Source: an uncultured virus (IMG/VR IMGVR_UViG_3300025362_000006) | Taxonomy: Duplodnaviria > Heunggongvirae > Uroviricota > Caudoviricetes | Strand: one strand, 5' to 3' | IMG/VR virus record: IMGVR_UViG_3300025362_000006 | DNA: 64,000 nucleotides | Shown: positions 9,811 through 21,383 of the stretch, in pieces | How positions within the stretch are numbered: the stretch's first letter is position 1 | How the letters are laid out: each line of letters begins with the position of its first letter | Position numbers and translations under genes: made by a program | The notes under the pieces: model-generated | Databases searched by the model: none | Seen by the model: only the letters and a program-made list of their open reading frames with translations | What the model was told of the DNA's origin: nothing

Positions 9811-9835
9811 TACGACAATAGGAGATAATATATGT

Positions 9836-10459
9836 ATGTGTATCATTTCGGAGAATAGAACATACGAAATGTTAAATGAAGAACGAGTATTATCTTCGAA
9901 AGACGATAACTCAGTTCAAAATAAATTCACAATTAAACCGGAAGGTATTCTATTAACAGATACTTTCAATAATCCATTTTTTCCAATTCCTCGACCAGCA
10001 ATTGATACAGCTAAATTTGATTTAGCAGATGTTTATAAACAATATCAAGAGTTTTATGGGCAAGGAAAAAGTCTTTATTTACCTTTCCATTTTTGTATTA
10101 CTTTAGTAGGAAAACGATATTACATATTCAATACTCGACCAATTGATATGAAGTTTCCAATAGATTCAAAATTTGCCGAGGCCAACAAAAAGAAAAAAAA
10201 TATAAAATGGGACAATATAACGGAAGTATTTTTTAAATATAAATTGTTTGATATAAGCGAAGCAATACATGTTTGTTTGATAGGTAATTCTGAGTTAGAT
10301 GTGTATACAAATACATTATACAAACTAATTGGTCAATCTTGTATGTATCCAATATTGAGACAGAATAAAGTACATGGAAAATTATATCAAAATGTATTAG
10401 GTTTAAATTTAGGAAGAAGATTCAACTTAAACATCATTAACAAATATCTTACAGTCTGA
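9836..10459 (+). CDS. hypothetical protein, weak amidase_2-like motifs
   Basis: SD GGAG upstream of ATG 9836; PFHFCI...RP...IHVCLIGN. Confidence 0.5.
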   Translation: MCIISENRTYEMLNEERVLSSKDDNSVQNKFTIKPEGILLTDTFNNPFFPIPRPAIDTAKFDLADVYKQYQEFYGQGKSLYLPFHFCITLVGKRYYIFNTRPIDMKFPIDSKFAEANKKKKNIKWDNITEVFFKYKLFDISEAIHVCLIGNSELDVYTNTLYKLIGQSCMYPILRQNKVHGKLYQNVLGLNLGRRFNLNIINKYLTV

Positions 10460-10578
10460 ATTAAAATTATCATATTTTATATATAAATAATTAAATTACA
10501 GGGTAATTTTATTTTTTATGTAAATTATTTTTATACATTAACTTATTTATATTAACTGTTGGAGGTCATACGTTTGCT

Positions 10579-12000
10579 ATGCTAAGTAATTGTTCAATAG
10601 AACCAACGCAATCTGATTTTTCCAATGACTATAATGTTCAACCAAACCTTCCATCATTACCTCTTATTGTAAAAGATATTAACTCTCCACCAATTAATAC
10701 TGTACCTTCAATTAAACCAGTAAGTTATTCTGATAAAAAAGGTTCACCAATAGTCGTTACTCCAGACGATCCTAATGTAAAAATTTGCACTAGATTAGTT
10801 GAAGATTATTTATCTACTGAACTTTGGCACATCACATCAAATAGTGATAAATATGGATTTACTTGTATTAGTAAAAAAACACTAACTCTATTTTTAAATA
10901 AATTAGAAAGTTCATACGCTAATATTTTATCGAAAGAAGACCAACTAACTAAACAGATGTATTATTTACATCATTTCTGTAACGGGCTCTATCAATATAA
11001 TGACAATATACTAAAACTATCTTATGAGCGTTTTAGATCTAGTGTATTATTTCCTAATTTGATGTATGTGTTGATTAGATACTATACTAAAGCTAAAGGG
11101 TTTTTACAATCTATTAACCGTAAAATCTTTAGTGAATACCAAGCGAAGAACAAAGGGATAATTAACAAATTCATTTCTTCATACTACATAGATGAAGAAG
11201 TAATAAAATCAGATGTTTTATATAGTTTCCTAGGAAATTGTCTTCGTAAGTTCGATCCCCTGTCCCTTACTAATTTATTTGGTTTTTATAATAGGTCGAT
11301 ACGAAGTATTTACTTTTATTACTTCAAAACAGATAGACATTTTAATGTTATCTTTATGGAGATGGCTGACATTGAAAAGAATATTGGTAATTCATATAAT
11401 ATACCAGCAAGATTAATTCATTATCGTGATGTATTATATGAAATTCAAATTGAGAAACTGTGCGAGAACTCAATCACTATGAGTCAACTTGGATATAACT
11501 ATGGTATATTCAAAAATGTGATTCTAGATAATGAGTTCCAGAGTATGTATTTTTCAATCAATTCAGATTCGTTTGTAGCAAAAAATAATCAATATAAACT
11601 TATGAGTTTGTATGATGATGAGAATTCTAAGAATTTTGAAGGTTCAGATGAACAAAAGTTGTTGGATGAATTGAAAAAAATGCCAATGATTTATAAATTG
11701 CTTCGATCAATTCATATAGTTAATCCAAAAAATAAACCATATGACACAACTATAATTAAAACTGATTTAGTTAAAATTATTGTACTAGAAGAATTAATGC
11801 ATCCATTTAAACATCTTTTTTCAGATACTCATATACAAGAAATTCTAAAGAGTACTGCTGATAATTTTGTTAATAAAATTTTATCTGGTGAATACATTAA
11901 CCCAATAACATTCACAACTATTAAGATAGGTCATTATAGTTTTTTGACACAACTAAGATCATTTATTAGACTTTGTATCCGAGAGCTTGGTATTCGATAG
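10579..12000 (+). CDS. hypothetical protein
   Basis: 473-aa ORF, SD GGAGG. Confidence 0.7.
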   Translation: MLSNCSIEPTQSDFSNDYNVQPNLPSLPLIVKDINSPPINTVPSIKPVSYSDKKGSPIVVTPDDPNVKICTRLVEDYLSTELWHITSNSDKYGFTCISKKTLTLFLNKLESSYANILSKEDQLTKQMYYLHHFCNGLYQYNDNILKLSYERFRSSVLFPNLMYVLIRYYTKAKGFLQSINRKIFSEYQAKNKGIINKFISSYYIDEEVIKSDVLYSFLGNCLRKFDPLSLTNLFGFYNRSIRSIYFYYFKTDRHFNVIFMEMADIEKNIGNSYNIPARLIHYRDVLYEIQIEKLCENSITMSQLGYNYGIFKNVILDNEFQSMYFSINSDSFVAKNNQYKLMSLYDDENSKNFEGSDEQKLLDELKKMPMIYKLLRSIHIVNPKNKPYDTTIIKTDLVKIIVLEELMHPFKHLFSDTHIQEILKSTADNFVNKILSGEYINPITFTTIKIGHYSFLTQLRSFIRLCIRELGIR

Positions 12001-12026
12001 GTTTAGGGTTATTAAAAAGGACAGAT

Positions 12027-12560
12027 ATGTCAAAAAAGAAAAAAGATCAAGATTCAGAAAATAGCGGAATTATTAAAAGCTTTGATAATATTTCAGATAG
12101 ACTCGATCAACAAATTACTTTGATCACTGGTAAGCAACAAGAACTACAGAATTATTTGATAATGATTGATAATCATATAATGCATTTCGATCAGATGATA
12201 CAACAAGAGATGCAGAGTAGTCAACCGGATTTCAAAAAAATTAATTCATACAGATCTGCTTCATTCAAGAATATTGAACTAATTTCGGTATTACACGCAA
12301 CATACAAAGAATATGAAAACACGAAATTCCGATATTTCAAAGAGATTAGTGACTCTAATTATAAGAAACAGAAACTCATTAGTGTTGATATTAAACGAAT
12401 TGGTTCTTCTGAGGATATGAATGGCGAGTTCTATAATATAATGCGGAATCTGTCCAAGTTAAATATAGTTGGTGGTGAGGCACGATCACAGATTGCTGAG
12501 AATGATAAAATGCTTGATGTGGTTAAATCAGGTTTGGTTGATGATGAATATGAGATGTAG
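12027..12560 (+). CDS. hypothetical coiled-coil protein
   Basis: ATG 12027 with SD AAGGA (track start 11973 is probably too early). Confidence 0.65.
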   Translation: MSKKKKDQDSENSGIIKSFDNISDRLDQQITLITGKQQELQNYLIMIDNHIMHFDQMIQQEMQSSQPDFKKINSYRSASFKNIELISVLHATYKEYENTKFRYFKEISDSNYKKQKLISVDIKRIGSSEDMNGEFYNIMRNLSKLNIVGGEARSQIAENDKMLDVVKSGLVDDEYEM

Positions 12561-12666
12561 ATTTTAGGTTTTTTTGATTTGTTATTGAGAGCATACATTC
12601 AATTGTTCTCGATAACATTTATTTTTTATTTATTTTTTAAATAATATTTGTTAAAAGGAACTTTTA

Positions 12667-14205
12667 ATGTCAGAAGAAAAACTAACAACAGATCAATCTA
12701 ATTCAATTGGTGCTATATTCGAAAGTGTTATCACTAAGAAGTTCGGGAGTAAAATTGCTCCCCAGCCCATATTCTTTAAAACTGGTATTAAACATCTTGA
12801 TGCTTTATTAGGTAATGGGATCATTTCTAGTGGACTTACAATGTTATCAAGTACACCGGAAACAGGTAAGAGTACCTTTGCTTATCAATTGGCAAAACAA
12901 ATGATAGATACTCATGAAAATTCAATAGTTGTTTACCTTGATACTGAAGGTTCGGGTAGTGTTACTGAATCCAATGATGGTATGGTATCTCGAGTAGATG
13001 CGTTTGGACTTAGAGATTCACCTCGTTTTTCGTACCACGCCATAATTTTAAATATTATGGAATTGTTTGAAGTAATTCAAGAATTAGTAGATACTAAAAA
13101 AGCTATTGAAGAAAAAACTGGAAAAGAAATATTACTATTTATCATATGGGACAGTGTTGCTGGTACCCCGTCAAGTAAGTCAGATACTGTTGATAACCCA
13201 AACCAGCTAATTGGGTTAAAAGGTCGACAATTGTCGTTTTTGTTAGATAAATATTTGCCTCAGTTAAAATTCAACAAAGTATTCCTTTTAGCAATCGATC
13301 AGGTCCGTGCTAACCTCGTGATTGATGGCCCATTCGCACCGAAAGAATCGACTGTGGGTGAATTTAAAAATTTAAAAAGTGCATCAAATATATTCAGCTT
13401 ACAACATAATACAACTCAGTGGTTATTCTTTTCAAAAACAAAAACAATAACTAAAGATTCATTTATGGGATTAGAAGGTTGGATTATCTCCATTTTTACG
13501 GAAAAAAATAAAATCGCACCAAGTAAGAATTATATCACGTGTGTGTTTGATAAATTTTCAGGAATTGATGTGTTTTGGAGTTCATTCATCTTCTTATCTG
13601 AAATGACATATAAAGAAAAGAAAACACTCAAAGTTGATACTAAATTACCATATCCGCTACTAATCAAAACTACGGGTAAAAAATCAACATTGAAAGTGGT
13701 TGATAAAGCAGGATCTGTTTTGTATACATCTGAATCGTTCTTCAAAAAGAATGCAAAAAAGATGTATAATGAAAATGCAGAATTCAAACAATGGTTTGAT
13801 TATGCAATGGATTTGTCATGTTATGAACGAATTACCAACGGTATGTTTAAAATAGACCAAAGTGCTCAATTGCAAACAAATCAAGAAATACCAGAAGTAA
13901 ACGAATTAGATATTGAAATAGAAAATCAGTTAATGAAAGACCCTGACCAAACCCAGTACGAACAAGAAACACAATCTCCAGATCAACTAACAGAACCATC
14001 AAATCATATGTCAGACGAAGAAATTCAGCAGCAAATCTACCAAGAAACATTATCAACACCATCTCCAGAAGAACCGTCACCAGAACCAACAGAACAAGAA
14101 CCAATCATCGAAGCATTTGACACAACGCAAGAAGTCCAAGTAGAAGAACCAGCAGAAGAACCAGTAAATATACCACCGTCAGAAGATTATAATTCGGTGT
14201 TTTAA
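12667..14205 (+). CDS. RecA/UvsX-like recombinase with acidic C-terminal tail
   Basis: TGIKHLDALLG, Walker A PETGKST, YLDTEG, IIWDSVA, IDQVR, KNKIAP motifs. Confidence 0.88.
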   Translation: MSEEKLTTDQSNSIGAIFESVITKKFGSKIAPQPIFFKTGIKHLDALLGNGIISSGLTMLSSTPETGKSTFAYQLAKQMIDTHENSIVVYLDTEGSGSVTESNDGMVSRVDAFGLRDSPRFSYHAIILNIMELFEVIQELVDTKKAIEEKTGKEILLFIIWDSVAGTPSSKSDTVDNPNQLIGLKGRQLSFLLDKYLPQLKFNKVFLLAIDQVRANLVIDGPFAPKESTVGEFKNLKSASNIFSLQHNTTQWLFFSKTKTITKDSFMGLEGWIISIFTEKNKIAPSKNYITCVFDKFSGIDVFWSSFIFLSEMTYKEKKTLKVDTKLPYPLLIKTTGKKSTLKVVDKAGSVLYTSESFFKKNAKKMYNENAEFKQWFDYAMDLSCYERITNGMFKIDQSAQLQTNQEIPEVNELDIEIENQLMKDPDQTQYEQETQSPDQLTEPSNHMSDEEIQQQIYQETLSTPSPEEPSPEPTEQEPIIEAFDTTQEVQVEEPAEEPVNIPPSEDYNSVF

Positions 14206-14387
14206 TCAATCGTCAGTAACACTAGTTAATAAATAGTATACGTCGGCTACCGCCAACATATACTATTTATTAACTATAATTAAATTAATTAATTAAACAA
14301 AATAATATTCAAAATAAAAATATCAACGAATCATAAACAAAAATAATCTTTCTAAAATGCTCAAATCTATTAGGAGACATTTAACTC

Positions 14388-15488
14388 ATGGACAGAAGAT
14401 TCTTAAAAGAAATTGCAGAAGGCTATATCACTAACCATGATGTGTTTTCTGAATTTAAACCAAAACAAGTAGACTTAATTCGGGAGACAGTATACAGTGA
14501 CCTGTGTGAAGTCTGTGATGAATTGAGGGATGAAGATGAACCATTTTATAATGATCTATATTTTTCGAATAGATTTTATCAAAATGATGTGTTTGAAAAT
14601 TATTTGAATATTCGGTATAGTTCAGCAAAACATAATAATGAAGTTCCACTTGAAGAAGGGTTTACTTCTGCGGTTATTGGAACAGGTAGTCTTCTTTGGA
14701 AAGCTGTAATGTATGTTTATACATTACCTGTTACTTCACAGATAATACTGGTGGGACTACTGATTGGAGCATATTGGAAATTTAACGGAGCAATTGGGAA
14801 ACAATTCTTTAAACTGCTAAATAAGACAGGAGATATTCTTAAAACCTTTGGTAAACTCATTGAGGGATCAGGCAAAAACTTTCAATTGCGATATGCTATT
14901 ATTCAGAAAAATTTTGATCATTGTTATAAACGAGCAGGGATTACAGAAGATTTAAAAAATATCAAGTTAACTGATTATTTTAATAAACATAGTGGATCTA
15001 GAGAAATTAAATATGGATGGATGGATCAAACATCAGTATATAAATTAATTAATTGTTATGTTGAAACAACTATTGATGTGATTAAATTACAAATGCGAAT
15101 GTATTTAACTTGCATCAAGGCAACGAAAGGATATTCTGAAATGTCTAAACTTAGTACAGCTGAGTTTATGGCATATCTTCAATCTTCACAATATAAACAA
15201 AATGAATTTAATCTTGAAATTACTTGTTTTGAATATTATCGAATAGCTTCGGAACAAATTGCTCAATTTGATGATCTTCTTAACTATTTTTATGATCAGG
15301 AATCAGAAAAACGTCAAATGACATTGAAATTAATCAGTTCAGTTGAAGAAGCAAGAAATGAAGTTGCAAGAGTCCAAAAAGATACACGATCTTTTTCAAA
15401 GTTTAAAACAAACACCAATCCAAAAGGAGTTCAACAAAGTTCTTCTGGTGGATTTCAAAAGAAACCATACAACAAGAAAAAATATTAA
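14388..15488 (+). CDS. hypothetical virion/membrane protein
   Basis: SD AGGAG; acidic N-terminal region followed by hydrophobic segments. Confidence 0.65.
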   Translation: MDRRFLKEIAEGYITNHDVFSEFKPKQVDLIRETVYSDLCEVCDELRDEDEPFYNDLYFSNRFYQNDVFENYLNIRYSSAKHNNEVPLEEGFTSAVIGTGSLLWKAVMYVYTLPVTSQIILVGLLIGAYWKFNGAIGKQFFKLLNKTGDILKTFGKLIEGSGKNFQLRYAIIQKNFDHCYKRAGITEDLKNIKLTDYFNKHSGSREIKYGWMDQTSVYKLINCYVETTIDVIKLQMRMYLTCIKATKGYSEMSKLSTAEFMAYLQSSQYKQNEFNLEITCFEYYRIASEQIAQFDDLLNYFYDQESEKRQMTLKLISSVEEARNEVARVQKDTRSFSKFKTNTNPKGVQQSSSGGFQKKPYNKKKY

Positions 15489-15517
15489 CTAATTTTTTAA
15501 AATAAGGGAAAGTTAAA

Positions 15518-15727
15518 ATGGGTGTTAAAGCGTCAATTACAAAAGTGTCTCGTCAAGATAAAATCAATAGATTAACTGGTGCTCTTGCTGTAAGTATAGC
15601 AAAAAAGAGAAATGATCCAGATGTTAAAAAACTTTTGAAGTATAAAAAATTGTATTTTCAGTTTAAAGCAAAAATAAATGCAAAATATAAAAATGCAAGT
15701 TCGGCTGCTGCAAGAAATTCAATGTGA
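15518..15727 (+). CDS. small basic protein
   Basis: 69 aa, Lys-rich, SD AAGG. Confidence 0.6.
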   Translation: MGVKASITKVSRQDKINRLTGALAVSIAKKRNDPDVKKLLKYKKLYFQFKAKINAKYKNASSAAARNSM

Positions 15728-15814
15728 TAATTTGTGTAATTCATCTTTTGATATATAAATATTATAAGTAGTGTTTTATTTTTGACTGAAACATAATATT
15801 TAAAAGGAGAATTT

Positions 15815-16846
15815 ATGAGTAATTTTACCGGTATTTTAGATCTTTTAGATGAAGACACAAATCGGGATGCATCACACATTTCTGCAAGTGAAGCAAGTAA
15901 TCATCAAGGTAGTGAACAGAAAGTTGGTGATAAAACAAATGTGATTAATCCTTATGCTACCGATCAAGTTTTAACACCGGTAGTTGAACATCATATTGTT
16001 GCACAAGAACCTGGTAAACCTTTTGATGTTGAACTCTTTACTGAAGAGATAAGAGCAAAATCTGAGAAAGATAACCGTTTAAGACAATATTATAGCAGCA
16101 CAATTAGTGGTTACAGTATTGCACATGATTGTATTGGTGCGACAGTTTTAAAGATTATGAATTACCCAGTAAAAAGTTTTGCTCACAAATGGTTGCCTAT
16201 TGTAATGCGAGCCTCTCTTGGCAATGCTGTACATGATTGTATTCAAAAGAATAGTGATCAATTCACTGAACAAGAGAAATCGATCAAAGTTCCGTCTATT
16301 CGTTGTTCGGTTAGATTAGATTGTTTGATTGGAGATAATATTTTAGTTGAAATTAAGTCATGTACTTATACTGACTATAAAAAGATAATTAAAAATCAAA
16401 CTCCAAGGATTGAAGATTTCTATCAAGTGATGATGTATAAATATTTGCTTGAACATCATCTTAAAGAAGCACAGGCTCAAACGCAATTAAGAACACCGCC
16501 ACCGGAATTGGCTAAGTATAATATAGATACTTTACAATTGATTTATGTTGCACATGATATTTGTGCATCAGATGCAGAGTCGTTTAGTCAATGTTTAAAA
16601 ATGGCTACTGAATTGAAAAAATTATTAAACTCGAGAAGAAATAAGTTTTTCTTCATAACTACAATCACATTAAAGACTTCGGATTTTGATCCGAAACCTT
16701 ATACTGATTATGTTATTAATAAAATCAAAAAAATTAATTGGTATATTGATAACAATAAGATTCCAAAGCTTGGTGATGAGTTTGTTGATGCAAAGAAATG
16801 TTTCTTTTGTCTTTACGCTGATCAATGCCCAATTAAGAACGGTTAA
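15815..16846 (+). CDS. Cas4-like PD-(D/E)xK exonuclease
   Basis: GNAVH, RLD...VEIKS, QxxxY and C-terminal CxxC-x5-C cluster. Confidence 0.8.
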   Translation: MSNFTGILDLLDEDTNRDASHISASEASNHQGSEQKVGDKTNVINPYATDQVLTPVVEHHIVAQEPGKPFDVELFTEEIRAKSEKDNRLRQYYSSTISGYSIAHDCIGATVLKIMNYPVKSFAHKWLPIVMRASLGNAVHDCIQKNSDQFTEQEKSIKVPSIRCSVRLDCLIGDNILVEIKSCTYTDYKKIIKNQTPRIEDFYQVMMYKYLLEHHLKEAQAQTQLRTPPPELAKYNIDTLQLIYVAHDICASDAESFSQCLKMATELKKLLNSRRNKFFFITTITLKTSDFDPKPYTDYVINKIKKINWYIDNNKIPKLGDEFVDAKKCFFCLYADQCPIKNG

Positions 16847-16911
16847 ACTTTATTATACGAAAACTACTAGGTATTTACTTAGTAGTTTTTTATTTATAGG
16901 AGGGAATTTTC

Positions 16912-17118
16912 ATGATTTCTACTTCTGGTTTACACAGTCCTAGTATTGTTAAACCGAACATTCCATATTCAAGTAAACGAGTTAAAGAATTTAATCAACG
17001 TCAGAACTATAATCGTTTACATAAGAAAAATCCAGCGACCCAACAAAATTTAATCGATCGTAAAATTACTCCTATTAACTCTTCTAATAAACCAATTGAG
17101 TCTTTAGAGAAAGGATAG
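16912..17118 (+). CDS. small hypothetical protein
   Basis: SD AGGAGG, 68 aa. Confidence 0.55.
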   Translation: MISTSGLHSPSIVKPNIPYSSKRVKEFNQRQNYNRLHKKNPATQQNLIDRKITPINSSNKPIESLEKG

Positions 17119-17123
17119 AAAAA

Positions 17124-19310
17124 ATGAATATTTCAGGACCGCAATATTCATCAGCAACAGTAGGACTTCGTCAACCAAAGAAAATAAAAGATCAGCAGTT
17201 TAAATTAGTTTATATCTATCCAATGTTATGTGATAGTTCATTATCGAAGTATAAAGACTTACTTCGGACGTTTTTATCTGTATCAGTATTGAAAGAAATC
17301 TTTACAAGTAATAGCATTAGTTTTTTTAATATGGGAAGCAACATTGCTCCATTAGTTGATGAACAAGGTAATGTTATTGATATTGATGATCATGTAATGT
17401 CTAGTATTGGTAGTAGAGGTTCTTTTGGTGCAGATAGTCCGTTAAAAACAAAACACGACATACAACAAAATGTTAAATTTGACATACAAGAAAAGATTAA
17501 TGAACGGTCTACATATATTAAAAAATTATTAAATGTTGACCCAGCATTAAAAATATTTAAACCGTATGTTGAAATGATAACAATGAATAATTTTATTAAT
17601 ATTCCTGTTGTTGTTGGTACTAAAGTTCTTGACATAAATAAAGTTGTATTATTGATGGTCTTGACTGTAGCTGTTGCTGATAAAAAATTGTCAATGGATT
17701 CATATCCAGATATTCAAAGAATATTTAGGATAATAAAACAAACTTCAAAAAATGATTTAAATAGTATTTTGAATCACTTAGTTGATATTCCAATTAAAGA
17801 TAAAACAATTAGAGAAAAGGTACTTGGATTTTTTACGACTGGTAGAACGATTCCTAATCCGTCTAGGAGACAGCGTGCAGTTGGATGGGTTAACAAATTA
17901 CCGGGGACATATTCGAGTAGTATAAAAGATAAACGAACAGCATTAAGTGGACCAAAAACAAGATTACAAGACTCAGAAATACAGAATGTTCCAGGGACAA
18001 ATCAATTATCTGAGTTAGTTGATGTTTCTCAAAATGATGTAAGTCAGGCAGAAATATTTTTTAAGTTGAGTATGGATCCAGAAACACTTGCTAGTCAGTT
18101 TGGGTATGACTCTTCTCGAGGACAATTAAAAGACACATTTACAAGAATTAATCCAAGGATAAATAGAGTTTTTGAAGAAGCAAATACGCTGTTTGCAGAT
18201 ACTATTTGGCCTAGACATATTGTTCCAGTGATAAATTCATTTCTTTATACAATTATTCCAAGAGATAGTGGAATAAATGTTTCTGAACTTGTTATAGCAC
18301 TTCAAAACGGTGACCCAACAACTAAAATCAAAGGTATCTTTGGACCAATACTTGATTATATTACTAATGATTTTAAGAAAGAAGTGAATAACACTATTGA
18401 AAAACAGGGGCCAGATAAAGCTGATGAAACATTAGATAATTTAAAAGCTTTGTGTGCCGATCATTTTCCTGCGTCTTCAAACAGTATCGAATACGGACAA
18501 TCAGCTATTCAAAGAGTTGCGTTAACTGGTCCGGATTACACAATTGAACAACATATTGAATATGAAGAAACATTTGAACGAATTATAACAGAAGATGCTT
18601 CTCATATGCATGTTGTTGAAGCGGCATTCAAACAAATTTTACCAAATAGTTTAATTGATGATTTATTGGTTAAGCAAACTGCATCAGTAATTAATGATGG
18701 ATTAAATAGTGTAATTACTTATCTTAATACTATTCCAAATTATCCAAACAGTACTCCATTTTTTCAACATGAAGGGGTACAGACGACAGCAGAATCACAT
18801 ATTTCAGCTTATATTGCATCAAGTAAAAAACAAATCATCTTCTATATTCGAAAATATATTCTTTATATTGTACAATATATTCTTTGTAAATATGTTAATG
18901 AGACTAAGGTTGCTGTGACAACAGCTAAACATGACGTAATCGATACCAACAATTATTCATTGATAATTCCACTTGAAACTGTTATGATGCTTGCTAATGC
19001 TTATGCAGCAAAGAGTTATAGAAGTCTTTATAATAAATCCATTGCAGAAAGTAATAGAAATGCAAACGATCGAAAATCTATTAACACTTCCGAAGAAATG
19101 AGACTAGTTAAAGATTTAAGTCAAAATTATGTAAAAGGTATTATTAAATTTATGTATAAACAATTGAATATACCTAATCTCTTTGTGGTTGATGAATCTC
19201 GTCAAGAAGTGTGGCATAAATTAATGTACCAATCACAAGTAAATAAAATTAAATTAAACACAATTGAAACTTATTCAAAAAATATTTTGAACAATTATTC
19301 TGGTAATTAA
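17124..19310 (+). CDS. hypothetical protein (possibly virion)
   Basis: 728-aa ORF. Confidence 0.75.
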   Translation: MNISGPQYSSATVGLRQPKKIKDQQFKLVYIYPMLCDSSLSKYKDLLRTFLSVSVLKEIFTSNSISFFNMGSNIAPLVDEQGNVIDIDDHVMSSIGSRGSFGADSPLKTKHDIQQNVKFDIQEKINERSTYIKKLLNVDPALKIFKPYVEMITMNNFINIPVVVGTKVLDINKVVLLMVLTVAVADKKLSMDSYPDIQRIFRIIKQTSKNDLNSILNHLVDIPIKDKTIREKVLGFFTTGRTIPNPSRRQRAVGWVNKLPGTYSSSIKDKRTALSGPKTRLQDSEIQNVPGTNQLSELVDVSQNDVSQAEIFFKLSMDPETLASQFGYDSSRGQLKDTFTRINPRINRVFEEANTLFADTIWPRHIVPVINSFLYTIIPRDSGINVSELVIALQNGDPTTKIKGIFGPILDYITNDFKKEVNNTIEKQGPDKADETLDNLKALCADHFPASSNSIEYGQSAIQRVALTGPDYTIEQHIEYEETFERIITEDASHMHVVEAAFKQILPNSLIDDLLVKQTASVINDGLNSVITYLNTIPNYPNSTPFFQHEGVQTTAESHISAYIASSKKQIIFYIRKYILYIVQYILCKYVNETKVAVTTAKHDVIDTNNYSLIIPLETVMMLANAYAAKSYRSLYNKSIAESNRNANDRKSINTSEEMRLVKDLSQNYVKGIIKFMYKQLNIPNLFVVDESRQEVWHKLMYQSQVNKIKLNTIETYSKNILNNYSGN

Positions 19311-19327
19311 TATTAGGAGACTTACCC

Positions 19328-20041
19328 ATGTTATACGACGACGACAATTTAATCTTTGAATCTTCACAAACTTTGAAACGAATTAACGAATCCAAAACGT
19401 ACAAGAAGACGTTGGAGGAAGAAATCGCCGAGGCCAAAACAAGAGCCGATAATGGAAGACATCTATTTGATGAATATGATTTAGATTCATTTAAAACGAA
19501 AATTGGTATTGATTTAATGTTCTTCGAACAATTAACTCAAAAATTAGATGAAACACAAACTCTTCAAGTTCAACCAGTTCTTACAAAATTATACACAACA
19601 GTCCGTGAAATTTATGAATTCACAAATATTAAACCCGAAGTGTTTGGAAGATTTGATGAATCTATTCTTTCTGAATCTGATGAAATAGTTAAACGTAAAC
19701 TTTCTAAAAAAATATTTACGTTTCTAGAGAATAAATTTTATAACCTTACATCATCTAAAAAAGAACAGAAGTTTAAAGACAGGATTGTTCCAACTAGTCA
19801 ACAGTTGATGATGGAAGGAGCTGAGTGTACTGAAGCTGTTGAATTTGCATTAAAAGAATGTATTAGTGAGGACTTAATTTCAAATATTTGTTTTCCTTTC
19901 TCGATTAAGTCAAGGCTTGATTATCTGATGGAAAATGAAGCATATGCTGAAATATTTGATCAAGATAGATTGAGAGAATTATATGAGAACTATACAACAA
20001 CTTCTAAAAATGTCGCCAAGATTATTGCAACTTGTGTTTAA
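19328..20041 (+). CDS. hypothetical protein (possible head-associated)
   Basis: SD AGGAG; IFE/INE/LSE motifs. Confidence 0.7.
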   Translation: MLYDDDNLIFESSQTLKRINESKTYKKTLEEEIAEAKTRADNGRHLFDEYDLDSFKTKIGIDLMFFEQLTQKLDETQTLQVQPVLTKLYTTVREIYEFTNIKPEVFGRFDESILSESDEIVKRKLSKKIFTFLENKFYNLTSSKKEQKFKDRIVPTSQQLMMEGAECTEAVEFALKECISEDLISNICFPFSIKSRLDYLMENEAYAEIFDQDRLRELYENYTTTSKNVAKIIATCV

Positions 20042-20065
20042 TTTAAATAGTAAGGAGAATTTAAT

Positions 20066-21307
20066 TTGTCGTCATTAAAAGCATTATATAATGAGGTCAG
20101 CACAAAATTACATTCTGATGGAGCATTAAACAGACGAGTTGAATCACAATTAATTAAAACAGTTTCAGATGCATTTCTCCAAATGATGAGCAATAAATCG
20201 GATGAAGGTTATTGTTTTGGTTTTTTTATTAGGGTAACAATGTTTAAAGACCTAATGAATACTCTTGATATTACACCAGATAGATTAAAAGTAGTATACC
20301 TTCATGAATGGGGTACTGGTGCAATGTCTAATCATATGCATTCTGATCCATATTACCAGTTTTATTTATTCATGCTTTACTATTATATTAAAGAGAAAAA
20401 TGAAAAATTAATAAATAATTGTATGATAAATATATTGATTAAATTATGGAATGGTCGTAAGAAAAAATATATACCTTACTGTAATAAAGATGTGATGGCG
20501 TATGTAGTCAATTATATGACAAGTAAAAAACATGTAGTTAATAAATATACTAACCCATTAGAATTAATTCAGAATTATTTTACACCAACTCTATTGAAAA
20601 AATATAAATCAAATATTGAAAAATCTGACGCGACTGGTCTTAAACAAATGTTTGAAGCTTCGTTTTCAAGAATGCGACAAATATTTGTTTTTAATCCAGT
20701 TGTTGATATAAAGACAGGGAAGTCTTCAGCAACAGGCGGTTTGATGCCAATGTATTTGAAAGCAGTTAAAGAAGGGAAATCAATAAAAACGGTCACGATG
20801 TATGATCGTAAAGATGACGAATCGGCAATCACTTTTTCAGATTATATTTCAATTAATAATTTAGATGAAATTATTGACAGAACTATTAATAGAATGACAA
20901 TGAATACCCATCCGAAATATTCTGAATTGTTTATTAACAATCTTTATAAAGATTATGGGATAAAGAAACCTACTATTATTCATATATTGACTTCGACTCA
21001 TAATTATAAATATAAAGACCAATTGAGCGATATTTATAGTATTATTTTACACCAAACTAGAGTAATCTCAAAAGATGATGTTTGTAGTCCTGATTTTACT
21101 AGAGCAGTTAATAAATTGTTAAAGAGTAAAAATAATAAAGACATCAATAAATTGAAAGAATATAACTTAGAATTATTATCAGATATTATGACTGATTATT
21201 TGAAAATTAAACCTTTAACGTCTCATTCAAAGAATCATTTAATTCAACTTCATAAATTATTAATTAGAGGATTGATCTACAATCTTCGATCAGCTATTTG
21301 TGTCTAA
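20066..21307 (+). CDS. hypothetical protein
   Basis: SD AAGGAG, TTG start, 413 aa. Confidence 0.7.
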   Translation: MSSLKALYNEVSTKLHSDGALNRRVESQLIKTVSDAFLQMMSNKSDEGYCFGFFIRVTMFKDLMNTLDITPDRLKVVYLHEWGTGAMSNHMHSDPYYQFYLFMLYYYIKEKNEKLINNCMINILIKLWNGRKKKYIPYCNKDVMAYVVNYMTSKKHVVNKYTNPLELIQNYFTPTLLKKYKSNIEKSDATGLKQMFEASFSRMRQIFVFNPVVDIKTGKSSATGGLMPMYLKAVKEGKSIKTVTMYDRKDDESAITFSDYISINNLDEIIDRTINRMTMNTHPKYSELFINNLYKDYGIKKPTIIHILTSTHNYKYKDQLSDIYSIILHQTRVISKDDVCSPDFTRAVNKLLKSKNNKDINKLKEYNLELLSDIMTDYLKIKPLTSHSKNHLIQLHKLLIRGLIYNLRSAICV

Positions 21308-21383
21308 TGTAGGTATGACAGTTTCCATTGAATAATGGAAACTGTCACTTTCTATTTATATTATAATAAGGAGGAGGAGAGTA

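Noticed and set aside
15815..16846. CRISPR-Cas system around the Cas4-like gene
   Set aside because: No other cas genes or array; solo Cas4-like nucleases are common in phages
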